Below, piece by piece: positions 7,832 to 16,690 of a DNA stretch of 47,864 nucleotides; within the stretch, counting starts at the first letter, position 1, and every line of letters begins with the position of its first letter. The translations under genes and the position numbers were made by a program. The DNA lies in IMG/VR virus record IMGVR_UViG_3300025073_000001; one strand, given 5' to 3'. This DNA is from a virus. Lineage: Duplodnaviria > Heunggongvirae > Uroviricota > Caudoviricetes. The notes below the pieces were generated by a model. The model had not been told where the DNA came from, ran no database searches, and saw only the letters and a program-made list of their open reading frames with translations.

Positions 7832-8905
7832 CTATTTATTTTTAACGAGTAATTGAAATTTATTTTTTTCACAAAGTTCAATCGCAGTTTTCCATTCAAT
7901 TTGCCCTGTTTCATTATTTTTAACCAACCACCTGTGATTTTTAGTACAAATATGAAATCCTTTTGTTGTACTTAGTTTTACAAGAGGTTGATTTCCTTGA
8001 ACAAATTTTGAAAGTATTGGATATTTTTTACCTTCAAATACTATGTTTTCTCCAACTTCAACATCTTTAATATGTTTCCATGACAAATCTTCCATTTGAA
8101 TTTCGTAATTTTCAGGAAGACATCTCCTAACATTTCCACTGACCACAATTTGTGCAATGATGTTCATAATATCTAAACAGTCAATCGGTCTTAATTTCTT
8201 TCCAACTCGACTATTTAATAAATTATTTATATTTTCAATACCATCTGCTAGAATACTTGGCCCGCTCGCCGTTCCTCCGAAACTTCTAATTGGTTCACCT
8301 TCACTTCTAATCAATTGACATGAATAAGTGAATCCTTTACCAGTATAAAAATGTGCTTTTAAAACCTTTCCAAGTAATTTGACCCACCCTTCTCTTGTAT
8401 CAGGGACGATATAATCTGCACTCTTATCATCCCAACGTTCAATTGCAATTTTTTCCTTTCTAAGTGCTGGGATTTGATAGACATATTCCTTTTGAATATT
8501 ATATCCAACCCCGCAACCAAGCATCAAAAGTTCAGCAGTCCAAGTAAACGGACGAATTGGTTCATTAACGACAACTCCTGCACAATTCTGTAAACTTGGC
8601 AACCCTAATTTATCAACCGTTTTCGTCCCAAGTTGCCATAAAAATCTCCCGGCGACGGATCCTTTTAAATTCAACAATATCTCGGCTAAACGATATTCTT
8701 CTTCATTCGTAAATCCAACCTTTAATTGCTTGTGACAAGCCTTAACTATTCTTTGAACAGTATCAATAAATTCTTCTGTTGGACTATTGACTTTATCTTC
8801 TTTTAATCTCCTTGCATAAGTTCTTTTATATGTGATGTATCCAATTTCTCCCCAAGGAGTTTTAATTTCACTTAATTTCTGAATCTGTTCTTCGGTCAAT
8901 GCCAT
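7832..8905 (-). CDS. nrdJ: class II ribonucleotide reductase, N-terminal half, ending in split-intein N fragment
   Basis: TYKRTYAR, GRFLWQLG, LQNC, GCGVG, DTREGW, GGTASGP, VVSGNVRR then CLPEN. Confidence 0.92.
   Translation of the reverse strand: MALTEEQIQKLSEIKTPWGEIGYITYKRTYARRLKEDKVNSPTEEFIDTVQRIVKACHKQLKVGFTNEEEYRLAEILLNLKGSVAGRFLWQLGTKTVDKLGLPSLQNCAGVVVNEPIRPFTWTAELLMLGCGVGYNIQKEYVYQIPALRKEKIAIERWDDKSADYIVPDTREGWVKLLGKVLKAHFYTGKGFTYSCQLIRSEGEPIRSFGGTASGPSILADGIENINNLLNSRVGKKLRPIDCLDIMNIIAQIVVSGNVRRCLPENYEIQMEDLSWKHIKDVEVGENIVFEGKKYPILSKFVQGNQPLVKLSTTKGFHICTKNHRWLVKNNETGQIEWKTAIELCEKNKFQLLVKNK
7835..8122 (-). mobile_element. split intein N fragment (96 aa)
   Basis: C1 start CLPENYEI, IKDVEVG, block B CTKNHRW, WKTAIEL, then stop. 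Confidence 0.88.
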
Positions 8906-9243
8906 TATTTCCCTTTTATCTCGTTTAAAATTATTTGTTTCAATTCCTGAATTTGGACTTCTTGTGAATCTTTCAATGCGAATGATTGAACTTTTACTTC
9001 CTTTTCTTCCGTTTCAAACACAATTCCAAGCCACCCCGAATCTCTCAATGAGGATTGTAATCTTTCAATTATTTGAACTTTCATTGAATATTCACGGAAC
9101 ATTCCGTTTGGAATGTAAATTATTAGAATTGGTTTAGGTTCAACTTTCCATTTAATATCATTTTGGAGTGAACTTGGCTCAACCTTAATTTTCTTCATTG
9201 GTTTAAGATTGTTATCTTGCTCAAATCCTGGGTAAAATTCCAT
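8905..9243 (-). CDS. hypothetical protein
   Basis: 112-aa ORF, TAATG-coupled to nrdJ-N. Confidence 0.6.
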   Translation of the reverse strand: MEFYPGFEQDNNLKPMKKIKVEPSSLQNDIKWKVEPKPILIIYIPNGMFREYSMKVQIIERLQSSLRDSGWLGIVFETEEKEVKVQSFALKDSQEVQIQELKQIILNEIKGK

Positions 9244-9255
9244 ATTATAATATTT

Positions 9256-10641
9256 TTAAAATAAATTTACATCTTCTCTTCTGTTATTCGCCATCAGTTC
9301 AAATTGCTTCGCTCCGTATTGGATTTGTAATTGATCCTCAGAAACGATTTGTTTCTTAACTTTTTTACCAGTTTCAGTTTTTTCTTCGTAAATTTCAATT
9401 AAACTCCTCGCAGTATCAAATTTTGCAGGAAATTGCATTCCATCTGGACCAAATCTATTTTTCTGAATGTCAAACATAGCAAAATTATTTATTTTATCAG
9501 TTTGACTCCTTCCAACAATTCCCCAAAAATCTGCTTCGGCACCTTTAGCATAGGCTCCTGCTAATGCTTCTTTATGACCAATTGATTTATTCGCATTCAA
9601 TTTATTTGATTGTGTAACTGACCAACACGCTGCTTCACTTTCTTGACCTAATCCTCTATATTCACGATAAAGTAACTGCAATAATTCATCTGTCCTAGCA
9701 TCTTTTCTCTTTGGCAATTTCATCAAATCCAAATAATCATTTAAAAATAACTTTGGTCTGATTCCTTGACTGTCAAGTTTATCTCGATGTCTCCTCAAAT
9801 CATCCATCGTAACAATTGAAGCGGGAAATTCTTTAATAATCAAACGTCCTGGATATTTTGTCAATCGCTTTTTAATATCTTCAACGTTGAACTTGAGATT
9901 ATCCAACGAAATTCCAGTCAATTTAGCATCATAACGAAACGCAACATAATTTTCATCCAATTCAAATGTCCAATGAACAACGTCATATCCAAGTTTTAAT
10001 GCTTCTGCTCCAAGGTGAACTAATGAAAAACTTTTTCCAACACCCTGATCGCCCATCCAAAAGCCAAACTTTCCAAGTGGAAGTCCTCCTCCCATTAAAT
10101 CATCAATTACTTTCCAGCCAGTTGGAATTCTTTTCACTTCACCTTGTTCCGAATATCTGTAATCTACATCATTAAGATAATCTTGCCCTAAATTATGTTC
10201 AACGAGTATTTTACTATTTGCTTCTGTAATTAACTTGACAAACGCATCTCTATCACCTTCCTTTAATAACTTGATCCCTTCTTCAACTGCTAACGAAACG
10301 TTTCTATGTCCTAAGAATTCAACAGTTTCTTTCTTGATGAATTCTTTATCTTCTGAATTTTGATTCTTGAAAACTTCCCTTAAACAATTGATTACTTCAG
10401 TTCTTAATAAACTTCCTTCTTGTATGTTTGAAACTTGAACCTTGAAAACTTCCAAGGTTGGTTGTAATTTGTATTCATTGAAGTAATTGATCGAATTTTC
10501 AACAATCCACTGCAAGCCCTGGTTTTCAAACAACTTTTTGTCTAAACTGTCAACAATTTGTTTTGCAAAGTCCCTGTCCGTTATGAATTGTGAAAGTAAT
10601 TTGGTCTGAAACCCAAACCCGAATTTTGCAAATGTATCCAT
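9256..10641 (-). CDS. replicative DNA helicase (DnaB / T4 gp41-like)
   Basis: IPTGW..ID...GGGL, Walker A GDQGVGKS, DYLDL, VTQSN, KNRFG. Confidence 0.92.
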   Translation of the reverse strand: MDTFAKFGFGFQTKLLSQFITDRDFAKQIVDSLDKKLFENQGLQWIVENSINYFNEYKLQPTLEVFKVQVSNIQEGSLLRTEVINCLREVFKNQNSEDKEFIKKETVEFLGHRNVSLAVEEGIKLLKEGDRDAFVKLITEANSKILVEHNLGQDYLNDVDYRYSEQGEVKRIPTGWKVIDDLMGGGLPLGKFGFWMGDQGVGKSFSLVHLGAEALKLGYDVVHWTFELDENYVAFRYDAKLTGISLDNLKFNVEDIKKRLTKYPGRLIIKEFPASIVTMDDLRRHRDKLDSQGIRPKLFLNDYLDLMKLPKRKDARTDELLQLLYREYRGLGQESEAACWSVTQSNKLNANKSIGHKEALAGAYAKGAEADFWGIVGRSQTDKINNFAMFDIQKNRFGPDGMQFPAKFDTARSLIEIYEEKTETGKKVKKQIVSEDQLQIQYGAKQFELMANNRREDVNLF

Positions 10642-10647
10642 TCTTCT

Positions 10648-11682
10648 CTATTTTGCCCATAAATTTAACGTTGTAAAAGTTGTTGACAACCAAGTATCCA
10701 AATTCTTAAACTCACTTGTCAAGTAATCTTCAGCGATCATCCGCCTGAGTTCTGCTTTGTTTATTTTGTTGACTTCTGATTCAAGTCTGTTCAAAATAAT
10801 CATCTTTGAATTCAATGAAATATCAGTATCTTGAAGTTGCATTAACTTGTAATTTCTCTCCAATATGTCAACGTTATCAATTAAAGTTTGAAATATTTTC
10901 TTTGGTTTTTTTGATTCATGGACCCGAACTTTTGATTGGGCTAATAAGTATTCTAAATCCAAATCTTTTTCTGCTAGTTCAGGAAATTCTTTCAATAAAG
11001 TTTTCAATCCAATTCCATTTACTCCTGGAATACCATCACTCGTATCACCGTCAATTGTTCTATAAAGTAGATAATTGTTTGGTCTGAACTTGAACTCTTT
11101 TTCAATGTCATCCGGGTGATAAAGTTTCTTTTTTACTGGAGAATAGACTTCAACGTTATCTGAAACTAATTGAAGGAAATCCCTGTCAGTTGAAACAATT
11201 CTAACTTTACTGCCTTTTGGTTCAAAGTATTGCATCGTTAAATACGCAATCGTATCATCTGCCTCAATGTTATCAACGCAAATAACCTGAACTGGAAGAT
11301 GTTCCAAATATTCAAGGATTCTTGACATTTGCCTTCGCATTGAAAATGATTCTTCTTCAACGCTTGCATATTGATCCCTTCGCATTTGAGTTTTATTCGT
11401 TCTTCCTGCTTTATATTCAGGAAACAACTTTTTTCTCCTCAAACTTCCACCACTGCCATCAAATACCAAAATACATCGTGATGGATTAAATTCTCTGATA
11501 TTACTTCCAATTGAGCGTAAAAATCCAAGGATTCCACCAACGTGTTCACCATTACTTGAAATTGTTGGAATCGAGCACCAGACTCTCAAATATGTATTTA
11601 AGGAATCTATAATAAGAACTCTGTCATTCTTATCTTTGGCTTTTTCACTGTCAATTTTAGCGAAGATTTCATCAAAGTTCAT
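10648..11682 (-). CDS. 5'-3' exonuclease / flap endonuclease (T4 RNase H-like)
   Basis: LIIDS, VFDG, YKAGR, EADD, STDRDFLQL, GDTSDGIPGVNGIGLKT. Confidence 0.92.
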   Translation of the reverse strand: MNFDEIFAKIDSEKAKDKNDRVLIIDSLNTYLRVWCSIPTISSNGEHVGGILGFLRSIGSNIREFNPSRCILVFDGSGGSLRRKKLFPEYKAGRTNKTQMRRDQYASVEEESFSMRRQMSRILEYLEHLPVQVICVDNIEADDTIAYLTMQYFEPKGSKVRIVSTDRDFLQLVSDNVEVYSPVKKKLYHPDDIEKEFKFRPNNYLLYRTIDGDTSDGIPGVNGIGLKTLLKEFPELAEKDLDLEYLLAQSKVRVHESKKPKKIFQTLIDNVDILERNYKLMQLQDTDISLNSKMIILNRLESEVNKINKAELRRMIAEDYLTSEFKNLDTWLSTTFTTLNLWAK

Positions 11683-11935
11683 ATTTTCTCATTTTACCAT
11701 AATCCATTTCAAATGAATGTTGTTTTTCTTCAAGAATAGCATAGCCAAACACATCTATTTCAACCACTTGACAACTCTTAATCAGATCTGAATAATATGT
11801 GGTATTTCTACAATTTGTTGCATCGGACTTTCTATTGAATTTTCTCGCCTTTTCTATCGTTTTAACAAAATGTTTATTCTTAGAATTTCCGGCTAAATAA
11901 TTCTCAGAATCTAATTTCAAAACATAGAATTTCAT
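11672..11935 (-). CDS. hypothetical protein
   Basis: 87-aa ORF in operon. Confidence 0.55.
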   Translation of the reverse strand: MKFYVLKLDSENYLAGNSKNKHFVKTIEKARKFNRKSDATNCRNTTYYSDLIKSCQVVEIDVFGYAILEEKQHSFEMDYGKMRKYEL

Positions 11936-11944
11936 GAATGTATT

Positions 11945-12517
11945 TTAATTTAAAGTGTCAAAGTTATTCACAAATTCATCAAAACTATTTTCAGGTTCAA
12001 TATCATACAAAAGATATGACAAACAACGACATTCTGACTTTGCTCCTTCCAATGCATTATGTGGAATAGGTTCGGGTTCAATCCCTAATTTTTCACAAAT
12101 CTTTTTATGTGAAAGTGATTCTTTCCATTTTCCAAATGCAACTGAATAGAGGTCAATGTAATTGTATTTGAAGGGCCATTTGTCAAACTTAGATCTGAAT
12201 TCAAGTTCTTTTAAGAATTGAACGTCAAATGAACCTAAGTTATGTCCTGCCAATAACTTAACATTTCTATCCAAGCACCACTTCCTGAACTTGTAATAAA
12301 GTTGAAGTGGAGTCTGTTTTTTTGGATCACGACATTCTTCTTCAGTGAATCCATTAATTTTCAATGCAGTTTCAGTCACTCGGTTCCATTTATAGATCCT
12401 GCACTCACCATAGAATTCATCTCCCGTTTCAAAATCGACTGCTCCAATACTGACGATTTGATCCTTCCCCCAATGAAGTCCTGTTGTTTCTACGTCAACG
12501 ACGATAAAGTTTTCCAT
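11945..12517 (-). CDS. DEDDh 3'-5' exonuclease (DnaQ-like)
   Basis: VDVETTGL, GHN..FD, HNALEGA. Confidence 0.88.
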   Translation of the reverse strand: MENFIVVDVETTGLHWGKDQIVSIGAVDFETGDEFYGECRIYKWNRVTETALKINGFTEEECRDPKKQTPLQLYYKFRKWCLDRNVKLLAGHNLGSFDVQFLKELEFRSKFDKWPFKYNYIDLYSVAFGKWKESLSHKKICEKLGIEPEPIPHNALEGAKSECRCLSYLLYDIEPENSFDEFVNNFDTLN

Positions 12518-12522
12518 TAAAT

Positions 12523-12738
12523 TTATTTTTGATCTTTTAAATGTTGTTCTAAAATGAATGATTCAAAATCTTCCATTGAAAAAACTCCTAAATCATCTTG
12601 ATTTAAATTCTTGTCATATGAATATAACAGTCTTCCAACTTGGACATATTCTTCCCATGATTTCATACAAGAGATGACGAACTTATTATCGTAAACAAGT
12701 GGTTTATTAATAATATTAAAGAAATCTTCAACTTTCAT
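12523..12738 (-). CDS. hypothetical protein (start revised to MKVEDFF at 12738)
   Basis: The longer track ORF overlaps a separate upstream 46-aa gene. Confidence 0.5.
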   Translation of the reverse strand: MKVEDFFNIINKPLVYDNKFVISCMKSWEEYVQVGRLLYSYDKNLNQDDLGVFSMEDFESFILEQHLKDQK

Positions 12739-12742
12739 ATTT

Positions 12743-12883
12743 TTAAGAATTTGCGTATTTGTAGATTTTTTCTGCAATTTGAATAAATTCATCTTCGTTA
12801 AATGCAATTGATTGACCAGTAGTTCCATCAAATCTACTTCTTAGAAAGTCAAGTGCCATTTTTAATGCTTCTGCCTTTGTCAT
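12743..12883 (-). CDS. 46-aa protein MTKAEALKMALDFLRSRFDG...AEKIYKYANS, not in ORF track
   Basis: Translated by hand; AAAGGA upstream; tiles the gap. Confidence 0.55.
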   Translation of the reverse strand: MTKAEALKMALDFLRSRFDGTTGQSIAFNEDEFIQIAEKIYKYANS

Positions 12884-12892
12884 AATTTTCCT

Positions 12893-13039
12893 TTATTTTA
12901 AAATTGTTTCGTGAATGTAAATTCTTGTGTTATTTGGATAATTTCTTTCAACATAAGCAACTGCATCTTCTTTAAGTTTAAATGCGACAATGACAGAATC
13001 TGTACCACTCATCTCACAAGAAACGATATAAATTTTCAT
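12893..13039 (-). CDS. 48-aa protein MKIYIVSCEMSG...IHETILK, not in ORF track
   Basis: Translated by hand; fills the gap directly after recA. Confidence 0.55.
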   Translation of the reverse strand: MKIYIVSCEMSGTDSVIVAFKLKEDAVAYVERNYPNNTRIYIHETILK

Positions 13040-13041
13040 AT

Positions 13042-14220
13042 TTAATCTTCTTCCTTTTCAGATTCGATGTCCAAAGACACATCATCAGAAATTGTTTCAT
13101 CTGAAATGATGTTGCTAAAATCATATTTCATAATGTACGCTTCACAGATTTGATTGTAAATCATTTCTTTGATCGGTGGATTTTCATTCAACAATTGTTC
13201 AAAATCAACATCCTTAAACTTTTTAGTTATGAGTTCCCCACTTTCTTCATCGATGTAATCGTAGGCAAAACCAAGTGATCCAGCCGACCTGAGAACTCCT
13301 AAGTCTTTCAAAGCAGTTAGCCATGATCCGTAATTATCAATTCCAGAATCGTAATAAATGTCAAAAATTACTTTTTTTCTCGGAGGTCCAAATCTGTTCT
13401 TTACAATTGCAACTTCAACTGTTTCTCCGTCCATATTTTTTGAACTTTTTGAAACAACTTTTGTTCTAAGTCTTGTTGATGCACTGAACGGAATAGCATT
13501 TCCTCCAGAAACTTGATAAGGATCTCCACCAAAACCTGCATTCATATTCACCCGAAGTTGATTTATCAGAATAATGGCGATGTCGCGACCAGCAATCAAT
13601 GATGGGAGTTTTCGCATTGCCTTTGAATTGATAATTGCTTTTGTCGTAGCATATCCGTCTTTGGCATAATCGGCTTCAAGTTCTGCTTTGGTACTTGCTC
13701 CCATTACTGAGTCAACGACAATTACAAGCGGACGAGTTGATTTTGATTCAATGTTTTTTGTAATAATCTTTTCAATAGATTCGTAAATTTCCTCAAGTGT
13801 TCTAATTGCATCTGTGTAAATAGTTCTGGAAGGGTCAAGACCGATAGAGCGATAAAAATCTAACATTCCAACTGCTTTTTCGGTATCAAATAAAACGGCC
13901 AGGCCACCCTTCTTTTGACAATTTGCCAATATATGAGCAGCAATAAGTGACTTAGAACTTCCAGGTAATCCTGAAATTTCAGTAATTGCCCCAAGCGCGA
14001 CTCCGCCGTGTGGTCTATTTGAAATTGCCAAATCAAGTATGTCACATCCGGTTGAAATCCACGATGTAATCATATTCGCATTTGATAAAAATCCGGCAGC
14101 ATTTGGTAGATCCTTGAATTGCTTATTTATAATAGACAGAACATCATTTGCCAAAATATCAATCTGATCACTCTTAGTTTCTGACTTTGGTTCTTTTTCT
14201 TTTTTTGTAATTTTTGCCAT
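13042..14220 (-). CDS. recA: RecA/UvsX recombinase (likely start MAKITKK at 14220)
   Basis: ISTGC..LDLAI, Walker A GLPGSSKS, FDTE, VVDSV, INQLR, GGNAIPF, KNRFGPP. Confidence 0.92.
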   Translation of the reverse strand: MAKITKKEKEPKSETKSDQIDILANDVLSIINKQFKDLPNAAGFLSNANMITSWISTGCDILDLAISNRPHGGVALGAITEISGLPGSSKSLIAAHILANCQKKGGLAVLFDTEKAVGMLDFYRSIGLDPSRTIYTDAIRTLEEIYESIEKIITKNIESKSTRPLVIVVDSVMGASTKAELEADYAKDGYATTKAIINSKAMRKLPSLIAGRDIAIILINQLRVNMNAGFGGDPYQVSGGNAIPFSASTRLRTKVVSKSSKNMDGETVEVAIVKNRFGPPRKKVIFDIYYDSGIDNYGSWLTALKDLGVLRSAGSLGFAYDYIDEESGELITKKFKDVDFEQLLNENPPIKEMIYNQICEAYIMKYDFSNIISDETISDDVSLDIESEKEED

Positions 14221-14233
14221 AGTTTTTAAGTTT

Positions 14234-14258
14234 GGGGAGCAGCCATTGACCACTCCCC
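14234..14258 (-). promoter_or_regulatory. GC-rich RNA hairpin between ssb and recA without U-tract
   Basis: GGGGAGUGGUC-AAU-GGCUGCUCCCC pairs fully only on the minus-strand RNA, using G-U pairs. Confidence 0.5.
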
Positions 14259-14286
14259 ATTAACTAAATTTGGTTTCTAATCTCTC

Positions 14287-15165
14287 TTACTTGCCGCCAG
14301 GCATTGAATTCAAAATGTCATCAAACTCCTTGTCAAAGTCTGGAATTGAAGTGGTTGGAGCTTGAACCTTGACATCAAATCCTTCGTTCGTCGCAGCATG
14401 ATTTACTCTGACATCAGTTGGATTCGTTGACGGTTTTGGTTCTTCCTTCTTCACAGAAGGAGTGTTTTCTGGAACTTGAAGATAGGCACGAAGAGCATTT
14501 TTCAATTCATCATACGAAGGTTCAGTAAATTGATCGTAAATGTTTGGCATTTCATTGATCATTTTAATTACTGCTGGATCTTCAGATGCCGGACTTGAAT
14601 TCCGTTTCGGAGTTGGAATTGTCTTCGCTTGACGTTGATCTTTTGGATCAGGACTTGGGATGAATTCAATCGTAAAATCCAAACCCGAAGTCAAAGATGC
14701 GGCATCTGCATAATCATCTTCATCAAAGATTGCTGCAATACTTTGGTAAACTTTTCTGCTAAATCTCCAGAATTTCACTCCAAGATGTTCTTCACCACGA
14801 ACCAAAATTGGAACGAAAATACTTGTCTGTGGAAGTAACTTTTTCTTCAACTCATTGACAATTTCCCATTCATCTCTTGGAAGTTTTGGACCTGGAGGAA
14901 TTAACCCGTTGCAATATTCAATGACTGGATCGGGGCGATCAAAATTTGAAGGTGACATTTGATATGCTTTACCAAAATTATAGTAAAAATCAATTGGCAC
15001 GAACGGTTTTTCCATGAAACCTAACGGAATGTTTGGGAGGATCCTAATTACTTGTTTTCCAGGAGATGGTTTCCATAGTAAATTTGAGAATTCTTTCTTC
15101 TCACCAGAACCTTGTGATTGTTGTTTTAGAGCCTCCAACTTGGCTTTGATTTTGTCTAAACTCAT
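14287..15165 (-). CDS. single-stranded DNA-binding protein (T4 gp32-like)
   Basis: WKP..G...IRILP, DPV.E, VPILVRGEE..GVKFW, G.DFTI, acidic tail. Confidence 0.85.
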   Translation of the reverse strand: MSLDKIKAKLEALKQQSQGSGEKKEFSNLLWKPSPGKQVIRILPNIPLGFMEKPFVPIDFYYNFGKAYQMSPSNFDRPDPVIEYCNGLIPPGPKLPRDEWEIVNELKKKLLPQTSIFVPILVRGEEHLGVKFWRFSRKVYQSIAAIFDEDDYADAASLTSGLDFTIEFIPSPDPKDQRQAKTIPTPKRNSSPASEDPAVIKMINEMPNIYDQFTEPSYDELKNALRAYLQVPENTPSVKKEEPKPSTNPTDVRVNHAATNEGFDVKVQAPTTSIPDFDKEFDDILNSMPGGK

Positions 15166-15237
15166 AAATTTCCTAAATGATTTAAATTAGTTAAAGTAAA
15201 AATTATAATTGCCCATCGTGGGCTAAAACGTTATTCA

Positions 15238-15269
15238 TAAATATACAAAATTATCTGGACAATTCCAAA
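15238..15269 (-). promoter_or_regulatory. host-type promoter TTTG-N20-TATATTTA for ssb
   Basis: Bacteroidota -33/-7 spacing; shares ATTTGGAATTGTC with the 17251-17282 site. Confidence 0.55.
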
Positions 15270-15302
15270 TTTATTCCAGTTTATTTTTTGTTAAATTTTT
15301 CT

Positions 15303-15632
15303 TCAATCGTAATCATTTTCATAATAAATTTGTTTCTCTCCTAAACTTGAATATCCACATTCTAATTGAATGATTTCAGACTGGTTATTTGACCAATACC
15401 CGATTAATTTATTTCTGAATTGACTCAATCTATTTTTAACTTTTATTTCTGGAGAAGGGCATTCATCAGTTCTCCCGTCAATTTCAAATGAATAATGCAG
15501 TGCTATGGTAATGGTTTTCTGGTTGAAGAAGTGAGTTTCAAAATAATAATTTGATCCTCCGCTGCATTTTATTTCATCAATTTTCCAAATGTGTTCAGTA
15601 TCGATAATCTGACCATTTAATGCAAGTTTCAT
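15303..15632 (-). CDS. hypothetical protein
   Basis: 109-aa ORF. Confidence 0.6.
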   Translation of the reverse strand: MKLALNGQIIDTEHIWKIDEIKCSGGSNYYFETHFFNQKTITIALHYSFEIDGRTDECPSPEIKVKNRLSQFRNKLIGYWSNNQSEIIQLECGYSSLGEKQIYYENDYD

Positions 15633-15636
15633 AATT

Positions 15637-16323
15637 TTATTTTAAATTTATAAGTTTCATTTCGCCGTAATTCATCCCTGCCTTGATATGGAAAGGAATG
15701 GTTTCAAATATTTCTATAATTTTCTTCAAAGTTGATTTTTCATCTTGTTTACTAAAATCAAACAAAAAACTGTCATAAGTATAAAGGATCAACTTGGTTT
15801 CTTTTTCCTTGAGTAATTCATTTAACCTTTGAATGATTCCCATGTTGAATTCAGTCTCTAAGTTCTGTAACATATAATTGAAAACCTTCCACTGCCCTAA
15901 GCCATCTTCAAGTTTCATTTCTTTATCATATAGGAAAGATTTCAAGTTTCCTGATTTGTATGCAATGAACGTTTGCTTTGATAAATCATTGATTGAAGTA
16001 AAAGGTTCAATTCCTAATAAATCTTTATCAATACCACCATAAATCTGCTTGAAGGTGTAATTCTTCGGATCTTCATCTTTTGGATAATATTTGGATAATT
16101 CCTGATAAATATTTTCAGGGAAACTTCGACCAATTATCAAATAGATCAAATATAAGTGGAATCCTGATAAATCAATTTCAAATAGGAATCCATTTTTATG
16201 TCTTGAGTAGAACCTTTCCCTACTACCATCATTTTTGTTCAACGCAGCATAATTGATTCCGTTAAAGTGATTACTCGGCCTTCCAGTTAACGTGAAAGGG
16301 TTGAATTCACATCGTTCAAACAT
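15637..16323 (-). CDS. compact family-A DNA polymerase, catalytic (C-terminal) part
   Basis: TLTGRPSN, motif A EIDLSGFH, motif B K...F...YGG, FNYMLQ, motif C YDSFLFD. Confidence 0.82.
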   Translation of the reverse strand: MFERCEFNPFTLTGRPSNHFNGINYAALNKNDGSRERFYSRHKNGFLFEIDLSGFHLYLIYLIIGRSFPENIYQELSKYYPKDEDPKNYTFKQIYGGIDKDLLGIEPFTSINDLSKQTFIAYKSGNLKSFLYDKEMKLEDGLGQWKVFNYMLQNLETEFNMGIIQRLNELLKEKETKLILYTYDSFLFDFSKQDEKSTLKKIIEIFETIPFHIKAGMNYGEMKLINLK

Positions 16324-16682
16324 TATTCAAATGTTTTTCTCAGAATTCGGCTTTCTTTGAAGTCAAAGTCTAAATCAAAGGAAAAATCCCAATCTACTTT
16401 CGGAGATAAATTCAATCTATAATGTGTTTTTGTTAAAGTTTCTTCCGGAACTATTTTTCTGACAAATCGATCAAATATTTGCCAGAACATAAAATTAAGT
16501 TCATTGGTTTCACCAGAAAGTTCGGAATATGGATAAATAGATTTGAATTCATCCGGAAATTTCCAACTATTCATTGTAATGAAAATTTCAGCAATTCTTT
16601 CGTCTGATAATTCTAATAAAATTCTTGAAATCTCATTTGCATATTTTCTAAGTTGATCTTCTGTAACTGGTAATGTATTCAT
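16323..16682 (-). CDS. hypothetical protein inserted between the two polymerase parts
   Basis: 119-aa ORF, no nuclease or intein motifs; TAATG-coupled to the polymerase C part. Confidence 0.6.
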   Translation of the reverse strand: MNTLPVTEDQLRKYANEISRILLELSDERIAEIFITMNSWKFPDEFKSIYPYSELSGETNELNFMFWQIFDRFVRKIVPEETLTKTHYRLNLSPKVDWDFSFDLDFDFKESRILRKTFE

Positions 16683-16690
16683 TTTTTATT

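Noticed and set aside
5280-8905. nrdJ as a frameshifted or degraded pseudogene
   Set aside because: Both halves keep all catalytic motifs and complementary intein blocks, and have proper starts.
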